From Amoebidium appalachense (Eukaryota; Protista; Ichthyosporea), in the NCBI GenBank assembly GCA_963693365.1, contig CAVNZM010000002.1, positions 11,278,328-11,342,327 of the forward strand: a DNA stretch of 64,000 nt, written 5' to 3'. This document shows positions 19,292-32,876 of this stretch, piece by piece. Position numbers and translations under genes: made by a program. Position 1 is the first letter of the stretch. Every line of letters begins with the position of its first letter. Below the pieces are notes generated by a model, which did no database searches, was not told the origin of the DNA, and saw only the letters and a list, made by a program, of their open reading frames with translations.

Positions 19292-21246
19292 ATGTTCATC
19301 CAAGCACATGTCCTTATCCCTCCTCCCCGCTTGCCCCTCCCTTCCTCCCCTCCTCCCCCCCCCTCCCCCCTCCCCAACTCCCCCGGCAAAAGGGGGAAAA
19401 AAAAAAAAGAAAAAAAAAAAAAAAGCCATGGAAGCTCTAGCCCACCCACCAGCACTGTTTCTTCAGTGCAAACCTTCCTTTTTTTGGCCCTCTTTCCCCA
19501 TCCTCTGTAGCTGGTGATTTAGTCAGCACGTGGCAGCCCTCTCTTACCTTCCATATCACTCATATGGCACCGCCCACTCACCCTTCATTCAATCTCCCCC
19601 CCCACTGCTTGGCCAAGACTACCGAAAGGAAGCCCAGCCTGTGATACCCACCCCACCCCACGCCACCTTACACTCCCTTCGTCTTCTCTGGGGAAGACAA
19701 GAAGCTGGAACCATACAAAGAAGCCTAGGAAAATAAAGAAAATACAAACAGGTCTATAACAAACAAGAGGTTTAACGCACACAGTGTGCCCTACCATACG
19801 ACTTGCTCTCGTCTCTCTCCTTTGCACTTCTCATTGATTTATACATTCCTGTCATTGGTTCGCTATTCACTAATATTCTCTTTGCTATTTACTGATATTC
19901 TCCCCCCCCCCCCCCCTCTCTCTCTCCGCCCCTCTCCCTCTCCCTCTCCCCCCCCCCCCCCTCTCTCTCTCCCCCCCACCCCCACCCCCACCCCCTCCGC
20001 TCTCTGCTTCAGTCCTTCCCTCTCTGTTTCTGCATCTCTCTTTCTCCCTTCCATTCCTTCGAACTTTCCTCCCTCCCCCCCCCCCCCCCCCCCCCCCCAG
20101 TGACGTGTGTGCAGGGCAACAGTGAGAATGCCCCTGAGGGCTGTGTGGTGTTCCTTGCCCGAGACTCATCGTGCAAGGGCAGTGATGCAGACCCCATCCG
20201 GTGAGTAGATTATCATTGATGGTTATCCACCATTAGCGTAGTTTCCTCGTATTCCCTGACTTAATTTTTGTCTTTTATCTTACCGCTCTATTCATTTTGA
20301 TTCCTGTTCCCCAACATCGTTGTTTCCACCCATCCCCCCTCGTGTCCGTCTTCCTCTCACATTCCTTTCCCTTAACCCCCTTAACCCCCCCCCCCTCTCC
20401 CCCCCCCCCCCCCCCCCAGCCCCCTTTTCGATAACACACGCTCGCTTTATTTCGCTGCATCAACTTATGTCACCCCTCCAACGGCCCAGATGGGCACTTA
20501 ACACTTATCAACCATTGATCGGACAAAACCCAACACCCTCCACATTTACCGACTTTCTCCCGTTGCTGTGGATCCCCCCACCCACCCCAAACACTTACCC
20601 ACCCACCCACCCCCGTTCTTCCCCCCCCCTCCCCCCCCCCCACCCACCCACCCACCCACCCACCCACACACCCACACACCCACCCACCCACCTCGCCCCA
20701 CCAGAGTATCTCTGCCTCTCTCTGTCTCTCACTTTCTTCCGCCCATCACTCACACCCTGCCCAACGAGCGTTAATCTAAGCTGGCGAATTTGTTCGTGTA
20801 TACCATCCCCCTAGACCTCGAATTTCCATATCGGGTGTGCTTGTCTATGGTTGGCTGTGGTTGAGATCAACCAATAGACACCTGATTTCTATTGGCTGCA
20901 TATCATGTGCAGGTGTGAGTTCTGGGAGATGGACCGTGTGCTGCCCCCCATGGAGGTGGGCGCACAATACCGTCTTGTTGGCCGACCAATCAGAGCTGTT
21001 CCTGTCGCATTCCAGTGCTACAACGTCTTCAGGTACCTAAGACCCCCCCTTCCCCCCTCCCCCCAGCCCCGCCCCGCCCAAGTTTGGCGCAGTCATGCCG
21101 CTCCAATATTTAGAAATGTACACACACTCAAAAACCATCACCACGCACAAGCGCACAAACAAGCTCAAAGTAATTTCTACTCCAACCCCACAGAAATTCT
21201 CTTTTTTTTTTGTTGGGGGGGGGGGGGGGGGGGGGGGAGGGAGGAG

Positions 21247-21282
<36 letters not shown>

Positions 21283-21497
21283 TGAGACATCCGTAGTGTG
21301 TATCATGGGCAGGCACTTGCAGGCACGGTCAATTCCAGCCATCTCTGCACACTAACCACCATATCTTTATTCCTGTCGATATATATATGGTGTGAAATGC
21401 TATACAATGATGCCACAAGGCAAACCACCCACCCCTCTCCCTTATCCCTTTCCCTCGTTGTCGCATGGCCCCGAAGGACTAACATCCATGCTCTGCC

Positions 21498-21544
<47 letters not shown>

Positions 21545-21630
21545 CCCCCCCCCCCCCCCCCCCCCGTCCCTCGCCCCCCAGAGCGCTCCCTCTTCCCCCT
21601 CCCCTGCCGCCCTCCCCCTCCCCCCCCCTG

Positions 21631-21685
<55 letters not shown>

Positions 21686-21779
21686 GCGCACACGCGCACA
21701 CACACACAGGGCACACAGCCAGGATGTGGCCTACATGCTGGCACGGTCACCCTACTGCAACCTGGCCCCCTGTGCATGA
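13523..21779 (+). CDS. SPATA22: SPATA22-like meiotic ssDNA-binding OB-fold protein (MEIOB partner), multi-exon
   Basis: In-phase exons 17977-18034, 18982-19038, 20101-20200, 20913-21032 and 21710-21779 give GVRILSSNIASLRASSPALFTRPDLIELLVTCVQG..VFLARD..IRCEFWEMDRVLPPMEVGAQYRLVG..FQCYNVFR..*. This resembles the SPATA22 C-terminus (LRIISAVI..CVFYEIDRELP..HRCVG..FQCVSVR). N-terminal exons (13523-, 14104-, 14964-, 16103-, 16629-) are low complexity and include LVPIPFQRK; one join near 15320-16100 is unresolved. Confidence 0.78.
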
Positions 21780-22364
21780 TCAGCCGGGCAACCCTAGTAG
21801 CACGAAGTCTTAGTACCATTAGCTATGTATGTGGTCAGCCACCCTATACTTGCTTGTAGCCAATAAGTATTAAACAATGCCGCAGCATGTAAATATGTAA
21901 TTTTCAAGCCAATGAGCAAAATAAATGATCGATGCACTTTACCCAATTGACCTATTTTTTTTTTTTTTGATCGTGGGAGTGTTGCCATGTGTTCGGTAAA
22001 TAGCACAGACACACACGTCTGCAGGGACCAACATCACTGCTATGTTTCATCAGTACATCACATGCACTTGCACACCAAGAGAGACGTGTGCCATGTGCAA
22101 TCGGCGCACCAATACCTGTTGCACATGATGGGGTACCACAGCACTACTTCGATGTGGCCTTCACTGTGATGTAAGAGTCTGATAACCACCTTAGCTAGCC
22201 CTCGTGATTACACCCCATACTAATAGTATGGCACCGTGCCTTCCCCCCCTCCCCCTTCCCCCCCCCCCCCCCCCCCTCCCCCGGAAGGGTTTTTAAAAAA
22301 AAAGGGGAGGGGGGGGGAGGAACCAGCCGAGTCCACCGTCACCACCGATGATGGGTGATAAGAA

Positions 22365-22400
<36 letters not shown>

Positions 22401-23039
22401 CTGGATAAGTTTTCAATGGGACTGGACAAGATCCGTAGTGGACTATATTTACCCCACCGCCGATGAAAGGAGGGGGGGGGGGGGGGGGGGGGGGGGGCAT
22501 ATTTTTCTCTTCAAACGTGAACAAAGTCCCATTCGAGTTTCATTCTGTTGGTGTTTGTCAAAGATCAAATCTAGGGAGGGGGAGAGGTGGGTGAAGAAGG
22601 GAGGAGGCTGGGGGGGGGGGGGGGGGGGGGGGGTCTGAACAGTTTTTTTTGTCTCAGCACTTTGAGGTCCGGGGTAGTTTCTTTTTGTTTTCTTTTCATT
22701 CTCCCCCCCCCCCCCCCCCCCCAAAAAAAAAGTTTTCTTTTTTTCTTTTCCCCCCCTTTAGAAAGGGGAGGAAGGGGGGGGGGGGGGGGGGGGGGGGTGG
22801 GTGGGTGGGGGGGGAGGGGAGGGGGGGGGGGGGGGGGCGGGGAGGAATTACTGTGGTCATTTGTGTCACTGTTTTCTCTGCAACCGGTTCCCTCTTAAGA
22901 AATTCGTGCCGTTTTTCTGCTGGTCGACGCTCAAGTTGCACAAATAATTGTGGAATCCTAACATGTGTTTGCTATGAGATTGCCATGGATTACGTAATTG
23001 CGCTTTGCCGTGGGCCACATACACTTACATGATTTTATT

Positions 23040-23927
23040 TACTAGAGCGCTTAAACCCTTGGCAAATTTCCTTGAAGCAGAAGTTGCCTCCTTTCTATCT
23101 AACAACTGTTGTAAACCTGGGCCTGTAACGCTCTCGATATATGGTCTGGTCCCAATAGCTGCTAGAGTATCCTATCTCGCGCTGAAATTCAATAAGCACA
23201 TAAGCCGCTTAAAGAAGTATTTGCCCTCCCACCCTCTCTTCTCTATCCGACCTGTCCCCTCCTCACCTCTCCCCTCTTTCCTCCCCTCTCCCTCCCCTTC
23301 TCCCCTGGGCACAAATACAAATAAACCCCGCAATAGTGTGTGTGTGACTTTGGACTGCCACTTACTTATTAAACATGTACACAATCACAAGATAATCACG
23401 CAATATAACAAATGGAAAAAGATACCACACGACACTAGACCCGATGAAAGCATACACCTTGAAAAACTAAGCCTTATGTCTCGTTTTATATATACTGACC
23501 GCCTCAACCATATTGCCAAATATGGCACTCGCAAGTGTATAACACCTAAATACATATTACCTTCCTGTAGAACTGGTCTTTCTCTAGCTGATGGTATTAT
23601 TGATCAATTACCACGCTTTTACTGTACACGTGCTATACAGTGGAGATCTAATAAGTATAAGGTGGCATCATTTGCATGCCCAAACAACACACACACACAC
23701 CAGTTTAACCGGTCATGTATCGCCAAATGTAGTTTGATAGACCACATAATACCGCAACACACACACGTCACATTCACAACAGACACCCAGAAAGATAGCC
23801 TACCTGTAAATTACAACATCCTTGATTTTATACTAAACACGCGTAACTACGACCTGTTTATTAGATGTATTGATTGGCTTGAGAAACACATCACTACAAA
23901 ATTATAGCGCACGCGCACACACACACA

Positions 23928-23980
<53 letters not shown>

Positions 23981-24013
23981 CCAGCTGATACCGAGTGTCC
24001 CGAGGGGAGCCCC

Positions 24014-24051
<38 letters not shown>

Positions 24052-24248
24052 GGGGAACCCCAACTAATTGATTTCTCCTTGTAGTCTTTATGGTGTCTCG
24101 TAGAGAAAGTAAACCCTGATATATAGTCACCACCCGACATCTATGTACGTGATCATGATATACCGCTGAGGGGATATTCCGAGCAAAACCCCCCCCCCCC
24201 ATACCTGAGACTGGTTCTCTTTGCCTCGAGTAAACAGCGTAAACCCCC
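23040..24248 (+). mobile_element. Non-LTR retrotransposon family A, 5'-truncated copy; ORF C-terminus ends at 23907; 3' UTR carries (CA)n and an internal A-tract
   Basis: The ORF remnant IYGLVPIAARVSYLALKF..HPLF..AIQWRSN..CPNN..FNRSCIAKC..NILDFILN..YDLFIRCI aligns motif-for-motif with the post-RT part of the LINE at 55552-57344 (LYALTPPSQRVHELALKF..HPLF..MAWR.N..C..C..FTRGC..TILDHLIN..YDVVIRCL). Ends CAGCGTAAACCCCC. The 5' boundary is approximate. Confidence 0.85.
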
Positions 24249-24525
24249 GATTTTATTTCCTGGCATCCAGCCACAAATAATGACCAAACCTGAGTGCGGA
24301 ATCTGAGTGTGCGTAATAACATGCGCTAGGAAGCTGCATACTGTAACACCGTTGATTGTTCAGGTGTGCCGCAAGGTTTTGCTTACACTCTAACAATGAC
24401 ACAGCTGCACACCACAACACCTTTGCATTCCTTTTCTTTTTATCAAGCTTTTTCTTTTTGGCTACCAGCACTTGTACAGACATCGTGAGGGAGACGGGGC
24501 TGGAGGGGCGGGAGGGTGGGTGGGT

Positions 24526-24559
<34 letters not shown>

Positions 24560-24657
24560 CTGGGCGGAAGGGGGGATGTGGAGGGGGAATGAGGGGGTGG
24601 GGGGGAGGGCGGGGGCGAACACAAATTTACATGAGCTTGGCTGGGCACACACAACTT

Positions 24658-24767
<110 letters not shown>

Positions 24768-25874
24768 GCCATCATGGTGGCATATGCATATACGGCACGA
24801 GCAAATAAAAACCCGCAGCGTGCCTCAGTGACATAAATGACCTGTGAAATCGGGGCCGGTTCTGTGAAATACGAGGCACACTACAGCACACACACCGTTG
24901 TCAAACACCCCTGTGCGGGGCGGGGCGCCCGCAGGCGCACATAAATTTAAACTCGTGCGTTCATCAAAACACATACGAACGCACAGCTGCACATACGTAC
25001 ACAAACATATGACGGGCATCCGGCAGGATTATAGCGATCATTTAACTAAATTTCGTTATGATCAACACACTCTTCTTATTGGTGCACGTGGTGAGGTGGC
25101 ACACACACACACACAGACGTCGACTGGTTGTTCCAGATATCATAAATGTGCACCTGGAAATAGAAGTCACAGGAATATTCCTTGGGCTGCCACTTAAACT
25201 GGAAGAATAATGTTTTACCATGGTTACAGACCTCTGTGACACTGTACGTATCCCGCGATGATTCATGTAATAGTCTTAATTTGAGTGAGTGAGTGAGTGA
25301 GTGTGGCGTCTACGTTCAGCCAGCACGTTCGCCTTGTTGTACACCGAGCGGCCCGAACGCGGGTGTCACACGCGTACGGTCACCATGGCCAGATGTGACC
25401 ACGGCATGGGCCACATGTCACCGTGGGGCTGCGACTGCCACTCTTTTCCACTACTTTACATTCACTCTGACATAGATAAAATGCCCTCTATATACTAGCA
25501 TATTAGTATAGGAGGCCTTGCATAGCCACGTCGTTATGACAAGCTGTGGCAGCCTGTGTGCGCGACGCTCGTGCACTAGTAATATGTAGATACTGCCACA
25601 CATGTAAAGACACAACTGCGCTCATGAAGTTTATGCAATCGTGCGAAGGCCTTTTAGCGGCGTGCACTTCGGGGTGTATGCAACGGTATCCAGTCTTGGC
25701 AAGCACCGGCAGTGTGGCACCTGCCTACTATCCCCTTTTCTACCTGAAACGCCCATGTAAGAACTGAATTCCCAATCTCGAAGAAACACATTGGGCAAGT
25801 GCGCTGTGCACACAGTGTGCAGTGTGCACAGGCAGAGGCTTTCTGTGACCGCGTTTGTTTATATCGAATTAGAT

Positions 25875-26004
25875 CCAATCAAAATAGATATACGATGAGG
25901 CAACCAATCAGCATAGGAATGTATACCTATTGTGATTGGTTGCTTTTCATTCCAACTATATACACCAATCAACGGGCCCGATTCTGCTTGGCGGGACATT
26001 CAAA
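25875..26004 (+). promoter_or_regulatory. Four phased CCAAT boxes + E2F site + CHR-like element; candidate cell-cycle promoter of Cdc25
   Basis: CCAAT at 25875, 25904 and 25965, ATTGG at 25935 (spacing 29-31 bp); TTGGCGGGA at 25988-25996; TTCAAA (reverse TTTGAA) at 25999-26004. Confidence 0.55.
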
Positions 26005-26896
26005 CTGAGCCATCAAGGTGCAGTGGCTCCCTGTTACTGGTCGATCGGGTGACATTCGGTTCTAATCGGCGTACACTAGAATTTGACACGCACGCAGGCA
26101 TGCGTGATATTTCTTCCACAGAATTCCGTGACTTATTCCTAACGTGAAGACACAAAATTATACGGAATGTTCGCGTGAACAAACAAGCTGTCTCACAGAC
26201 ATACTCTTTGCAAAACTCTTTTGCATGTTCTATTCAAACACACATTTCATTGCATTCAACGTTGCTACCTACGCCTTGCCAACTTCCCTGCAACAAGAAA
26301 AGTCATTACACCCACTACAACCACGTGCTCTCGTGTTTGTTAATGCTAAATACCTATCCTTTTTTGTTTCCTTGTTTCGGGAATCGGGAGTAAACGCATG
26401 TCTGAAAAAAGCACAAGCCATCAGCAAAAGAGGTAGGCATCAGATTTAGCAAAGTCTGGGGAACAGCCGGGTTTGGGTAGGAGTGAATATGTATAGCAAA
26501 CCGCCTTGTTCGATGTTAGCACAATTTATTCTATCTATGCCACTACATACACGGACGAAGCCATAGAAGGGCTGATAAGGGGTAGGGGTTGTGAAACGGA
26601 AGGAGTTGGGGTATAGAAAGATGGAGTGCCTTCACATCGTAAAAGTTAGAGCATAAGTGCTGGTGGAGCACTCGGGTGTACAAGCATCTTCATGGTGTGT
26701 AACGTTTGGTGTGTGTATGTGCGAGGTTTTGTGTGTATTTGCGTGTGTACGCACATGTTTGTAGTCTGTCAACATAAATGGTTGTGCATGTGTGAGCGTT
26801 AAAGGTTTTCTATGTTCGCGGATGAGAAAGTGTTTGTGTTCGTGTTGTTGATTGTGTGTAAGTGTACAGAACTGCAAAAGTTTGCGGTCCGTACAC

Positions 26897-26929
<33 letters not shown>

Positions 26930-27896
26930 ATGCCTTTAAAATGAATATTGAGAAGAGCGCACTGGGAGATAAGAACAGGAATATAGTCCAATGTTTATTT
27001 GCTCCACTTTCTTTTGTGATGTGTTGGTAGACTCTTTCATTTCTTTACCTTCATTGTACAGCCCATCATACTTTGTTTCCACAAACCTCATGCTTCTGTT
27101 TGCAACAGATGCAACACACACCGCAACCACCTATCTCGAACAACACATCCGCTGCTGACAGGACTTAACCGGTCGATCTTCCGAGCCCCTTTGACTGGGC
27201 ACATGCAACGTACCAGGGCCAGGCACCGAAAAGTTACTTAAACATCATTCACTGAAGAGCAACGACCGTTGTGTTTTCTCGTGATACATCCATCCAATTC
27301 TCGGAGCTATTTGCACAAAGAAAAAAATGGACGGCTTCTCACTGGTACGTGTGTTTCTCCCATTCCCTATTTTCCAGCCTCACCCCCTTTTAAGTCGTGT
27401 CTTTTGTCGTACCTTATTGTTACTCTGGCTTGTTGGTTGCTGTTGTGTAAGTGGTGCTGGTACATGTTTTGGGCAGGGGAGATGCTGGTGTGTGTGTAGG
27501 GGGGGTGGGAAGGGGAGGAGGGGAGTGTGAACTCAAAAGCCCTTTTCCCTTACTCCCTCCCCTTTGATGTTTTGTTGTGATCCCATGCACGTGAACCAAT
27601 ATTTGTCTGCGTGCACGTGCGCGAGTTTTTTTGTGTGTGTGCCTCCGTATGTGGGTGTATGTGTGCAGATGCCTACTCCTTTTTCCCAAGCCCTCGCCTT
27701 TCCCGCTCACTAATTAAGAATCACCCGTACCATGTTTTGTCCTAGTCCACCGTGTGCGTTCAATGCCAAATTCAAATATGTATGCACGTGAGTGCGGTGC
27801 ACACACACCTCTCCCTTCGACATATCTACCTTCCGTGTCTTTGTAACCGAACCCTGCAATACAGACTAGATTTTTGAAAGATTACTACACACATAG

Positions 27897-27929
<33 letters not shown>

Positions 27930-28054
27930 AAGAAAAAAAAGAAGAAGAAAAAAAAGAGAGAGAGAGAGAGAGAGAATAATAATACACTGAGAAAATAAAA
28001 TCAACAAGATTTCGTTTCATTCCTTCTGTTTATTTTGCCCATCATGCTGTCCTG

Positions 28055-28086
<32 letters not shown>

Positions 28087-28442
28087 TTTTTTTTGGGGGG
28101 GGGGGGGGGGGAGAAGAAAAGAGAAACACAGCCACACCGACAGACGTTCAATCTCAATCTGTCTTGAAACACAATCACGAACGTGAGAAGTGTAATGCAA
28201 ACTCGAATCGTTGTCCTTAAAAAATAGTAGCGCATGACAGTGATTTTTATTAGTATGATACACGTGTCTATTGTGGCACACAAACAGTTTTTTCCCTCCC
28301 TCCCTACTTATGATAATATTCGTTGTGTGTGCTTTGTGTGTGCTTCCTACTTTGTTTTACCTCCTTCTTCCACCCTCCCCACCGTGTGGGAGGTAAGTCA
28401 AATTCTAAAATCCCTCCGTGCACCCTTTAATTTCAGTCGGCG

Positions 28443-29260
28443 ATGGACTGGGGGGATGTTGACATCCAGTTTGACTCCAACATGCTGTCTCCGGCCCAAT
28501 CAAAGAATGCCCTCGTGCACATGTTCACTCCCAGTCCAATCGGGTTTGGCCGCCCCCCTCCCCCCCTCCCCAACACACACACACACACACACACACAGGC
28601 ACACACACACACACCCTACTCTCACGTGTTCTCCCTCTCCCACTACCTCCCCCTTAGCCCCCCCCCCCCCCCCCCCCCCTTTCTCCTCACATGTTCCCCT
28701 TTCCCTCTGTCTCTCGCCTTCTTTCTCCCTTTCCCTCTATCTCCCCATCTCTCTTCCTCCCTTCCGCTTCCCCCCTCTCGCCCCCCTCTTCCCCCCCCCC
28801 CCCCCTCCCCCCGCCGCCTGAGGCCCTTCCCCTCCTTCCCCCCTCCCGCCCCCTCTCACTACCCCCCTCTTCCCCCCTGCTCTCTTCTGCAAACCGTCCT
28901 GCTTACTCCCAAAGCGAAAGCAAAAAAAAAAAAAAGGGGGGGGGGGGGGGAGGGGGGGATCCTTACCCGCACCGCCTCCCCTTCTGCAAAGTCACACTGC
29001 CTATAATAGTTCCTGATTTGGTGCACACTTGGACCCCTTGATGTAACTAAAGGCAGCCCAGCGCACAACTTCCCTTTCAGCAAAAGCAGTACTGCTCTAA
29101 ATGTCTCCTCGACATACCTGTGACTCCCTTCTCCCCTCCCAAACGCACACACACGCACAAACACACAAACACGCAAATTCACATCCCCACCACATCAATG
29201 CCACCCATCTGATGTCATGGGAAAAAACAATGAACTCATGCTAAAGCACCTTCCTCCCCC

Positions 29261-29291
<31 letters not shown>

Positions 29292-29320
29292 AAAAAAAAA
29301 AAAAAAAACACGCACGCGCG

Positions 29321-29361
<41 letters not shown>

Positions 29362-30574
29362 GACAGCAAGCACATACGTCGGCGCCTCAGCCTGAGTGAG
29401 AGTACCCCCACCCCATCTGCAAAAGTCCAAGCCACACCCCCACACAAGATTGGGTTTGGCCACGGCCATGGGTCTCCGGCCCCAGAGGTCCCCCCCCCCC
29501 CCTACGTTTCTCTCTTCCTCCGCAACCCTATCCGTGCCATCCATCACCACTAACAAACAATCACGATCACTTAACACGTGTACGTGTCCATGCAAGCGCG
29601 CAACACACGTGAGGATTTTAGCAGACACTTGATACAACGCACGCACATATAGTGTCAATGGGTTTCTGTCTCCGTCAGTGTTATGTTTTTTGCATTCCCC
29701 TGAGGCGAACTGGCTTCTTTCCCTTTGCTTTGCAGATCTGCACATTTTCACCACGGTTTGCATATTTGGCTCTAGCCAAATTCCTGTAGAAGCCCCGACA
29801 GTTGTCTTTCTGCTTTGCACAACACTCACCGTCCCCACAGTGTCTGCTACTTTTCCTGCCCACACCTGTGGCATGCTAGATACAACATGTTTAGGCTTGA
29901 GGTAGGTGTGTGGTATTTGTAATTTATTCAGTGTTGTCGATCTGTGTCGGTGCATTTGTGTGGCTCGTTTGACAATGTGATGATAACAGCCAGTCAGGTT
30001 GCATTTGGTAACCGCCTCTATAAGGAGGAAATTTGACCAGGGGGGTTTATTGCACAGGTTTCTCCGTGTGTTGGGGCCAAGGAGGGGGTTCCAAGAGGTC
30101 CTTTGGGCCGGCTGCAGCGCAATCTGGGGCTGGGGGCTTTCGGTGACAATATGTTGATGCAAAACGGGTTTCTTTCTCCCGGGGTAAGGAATCACTGCCA
30201 GGCAAACACACACACATAAGCACATATGCACATGCACATGCACGCAACTTCGTATGTCTCTCCCTCTCCCTCTTTGGCACACATATAACTAGCTGTGCTT
30301 GCGTGACTGGGTGATTTCCAAGGAAGAGGAATGTACACTGAATACTCTTCTTGAAAATCTGGGCTCCCTCCCCTCTCCCCCCTCCCCCCCCCCCCCCCCC
30401 CCCCCCCCCCCCTGCCCCCCTTCCAACCACCACCACTACCACCACCAGCGACACAGGCACACATTTCCAACCAGCCATTCTTACACCTTTACCACCTCCC
30501 CCCTTAGTTAACTCAACAACTCAACTCCCCCCCCCCCCCCCCCCGACCTTCCCCTTTCCTCCCATCCCCCCTCC

Positions 30575-30609
<35 letters not shown>

Positions 30610-30917
30610 CACCCTGCTACCCACACTCCCAACCATCATCCACCAATCAAACCACACAGGACACAACCAAACATGGTCATTGCGAGGACTCCACCCCCGT
30701 CAACCACCTTCGCAACCCGTCACGTCCGGCCCTTGCCAACCGATCTCTCAATATGGCTGAGGGGGGTCCAAACGAAAACATTGGGGTTTTACGCAAGATG
30801 AACTCTGACCCTACCCCCGATCATGGCGATATGGTGGATTCCATGGGCCCGGGGGCACTTAAGTGCAATCTAAATCTCGATGATGACAGTGACATGGATG
30901 TGCCCGCTGGTTTGAAA

Positions 30918-30971
<54 letters not shown>

Positions 30972-31192
30972 ACCACCACCACCACCACCACCACCACCAC
31001 CACCACCGCCACCACCACCACCAAACAAAAAAAGAGAGAGAGAAAGAGAGGGGGAGAGAGAGTGAGAGACGGAGAAAAAGAAAGAAAGACTAAGACAAGA
31101 AGAGGGGGGGGGGGGGGAGAAGAAAAGACAAGGAAAGGGAAATATGTATGTCTCATTCTTCCTTTACCATGGATAAGTCTCCACCAATTCCC

Positions 31193-31228
<36 letters not shown>

Positions 31229-31400
31229 ATCTTAAAAAAACACGATAAAAAACATATAAAAAACGGGATAATTATCTATCTACACTGGGTTTTTTGCTTT
31301 TTGGCGGAATTTTTATTTCCGTCGATGTACCTTCTTGCACAATCCAAATGTGGTTCTAATAGTTGTCAATTTTTATGCACACTTTATCATTCACTCACCT

Positions 31401-31471
<71 letters not shown>

Positions 31472-32659
31472 CCATGACCGTGGTGATCGCAGCCCCTTCA
31501 TCCTCCCCACCACTGGTGGGAGAGGCACATGCCACTATCTTGATCCTGCAACCGTATGCCATACCAAACTCACCCCCCCCCCCCCCCCCCCCCCCCCCCC
31601 TTCCCCCCCCCCAACTACCACCACCACCACACCAAAAACTATCACCACGGCTGCCACACACACACACAAGCACTCGCACTCACACTTGCACTCCCTCTAA
31701 CACAAACACAGAAGACACAAACCTTTTTCGCTTCTCAGGACAGTATGGAACATAGCAAGGAAAGTACCATTCTTGGATAGAAAAAGGGAGAGAAATCTAC
31801 GGTAGGTTCACAACATGAATCACATAGCCCCGTCTCGTGCATTTCTCTCCATTATTTTTCTCACTCCCTGCAATGAGCTGCAACGTTTCCCTGGGCACCT
31901 TTGTTCCCATGAAACTCGTTACAATGCTTGCACCGTTTTTCTGCACCAATCGGTACAAGGCAGATCTTTGGGTTGCGATTTGCTGGCAGTTTGACACCAA
32001 CAGTCAACTTTTGAGCGAAGCAAACGATTCCTATATAGATTTTCTATTACCGGCCATTCATACGACTGCAAAAAAGTGATTGGTGCAGAAAGACGGTACA
32101 AGCAAGGTAGATGTTTGGGATCGTCTGTTTGTGCATGCCTATCAATCATTGTCCCTCTTTCCCGTGTCTGCGCCCGCATGTACGTGAGCCTGAGCTTGAG
32201 CCTAGTTGCACACGGTGTGTGGGTAGGTGGATGAGCCTGTGTGTACGTGCGCGGGACCACCCATAACCCATGCACGTGCACCTTCCATATATAGATGGCT
32301 GCTGTGCTGTCTGGGCACCACAACCACCTCTACGAGTCCATCCACATTTTTGATGCCAGATTCCCCTACGAGTTTGAAGGTAAGCCTCCCCCTTCCCACC
32401 CTTTTCCCCCAACAACACACACACACACACACACACAAAGGGGGAAAAAAAACACCTACTCAATTCCTGATAATCGCTCATCGCTGTTGCACTTCTCTGA
32501 TAAATACACACAGCGATTCATAGCCTCCCTGGCAGCGTTCTTTATTGTGGGGCTTTGTTCTCCCACCTATCACCCACCATTTTCTTCCCCCTTGCCTCCC
32601 CCTCCCCCCCCCCCCCCCCCCCCCCCCTTCCCCTCCCCCACCACACACACATAAACCGC

Positions 32660-32723
<64 letters not shown>

Positions 32724-32832
32724 ACACCTCCCCCCACCCACTATATTTTTCTTTCTCTTTCTCTCTCACACAGACTCTCTCCCTCAACTTCTCCCTCTCC
32801 CGTCCCGCCTGTAGCTGTCGCACCATATCTCT

Positions 32833-32876
<44 letters not shown>

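Noticed and set aside
12950-23145. Identical 5' boundary of both family A copies, implying a defined non-autonomous element
   Set aside because: The reading frame of the + copy continues upstream of 23137 with plausible homology, so the shared point is just where the other copy is truncated.
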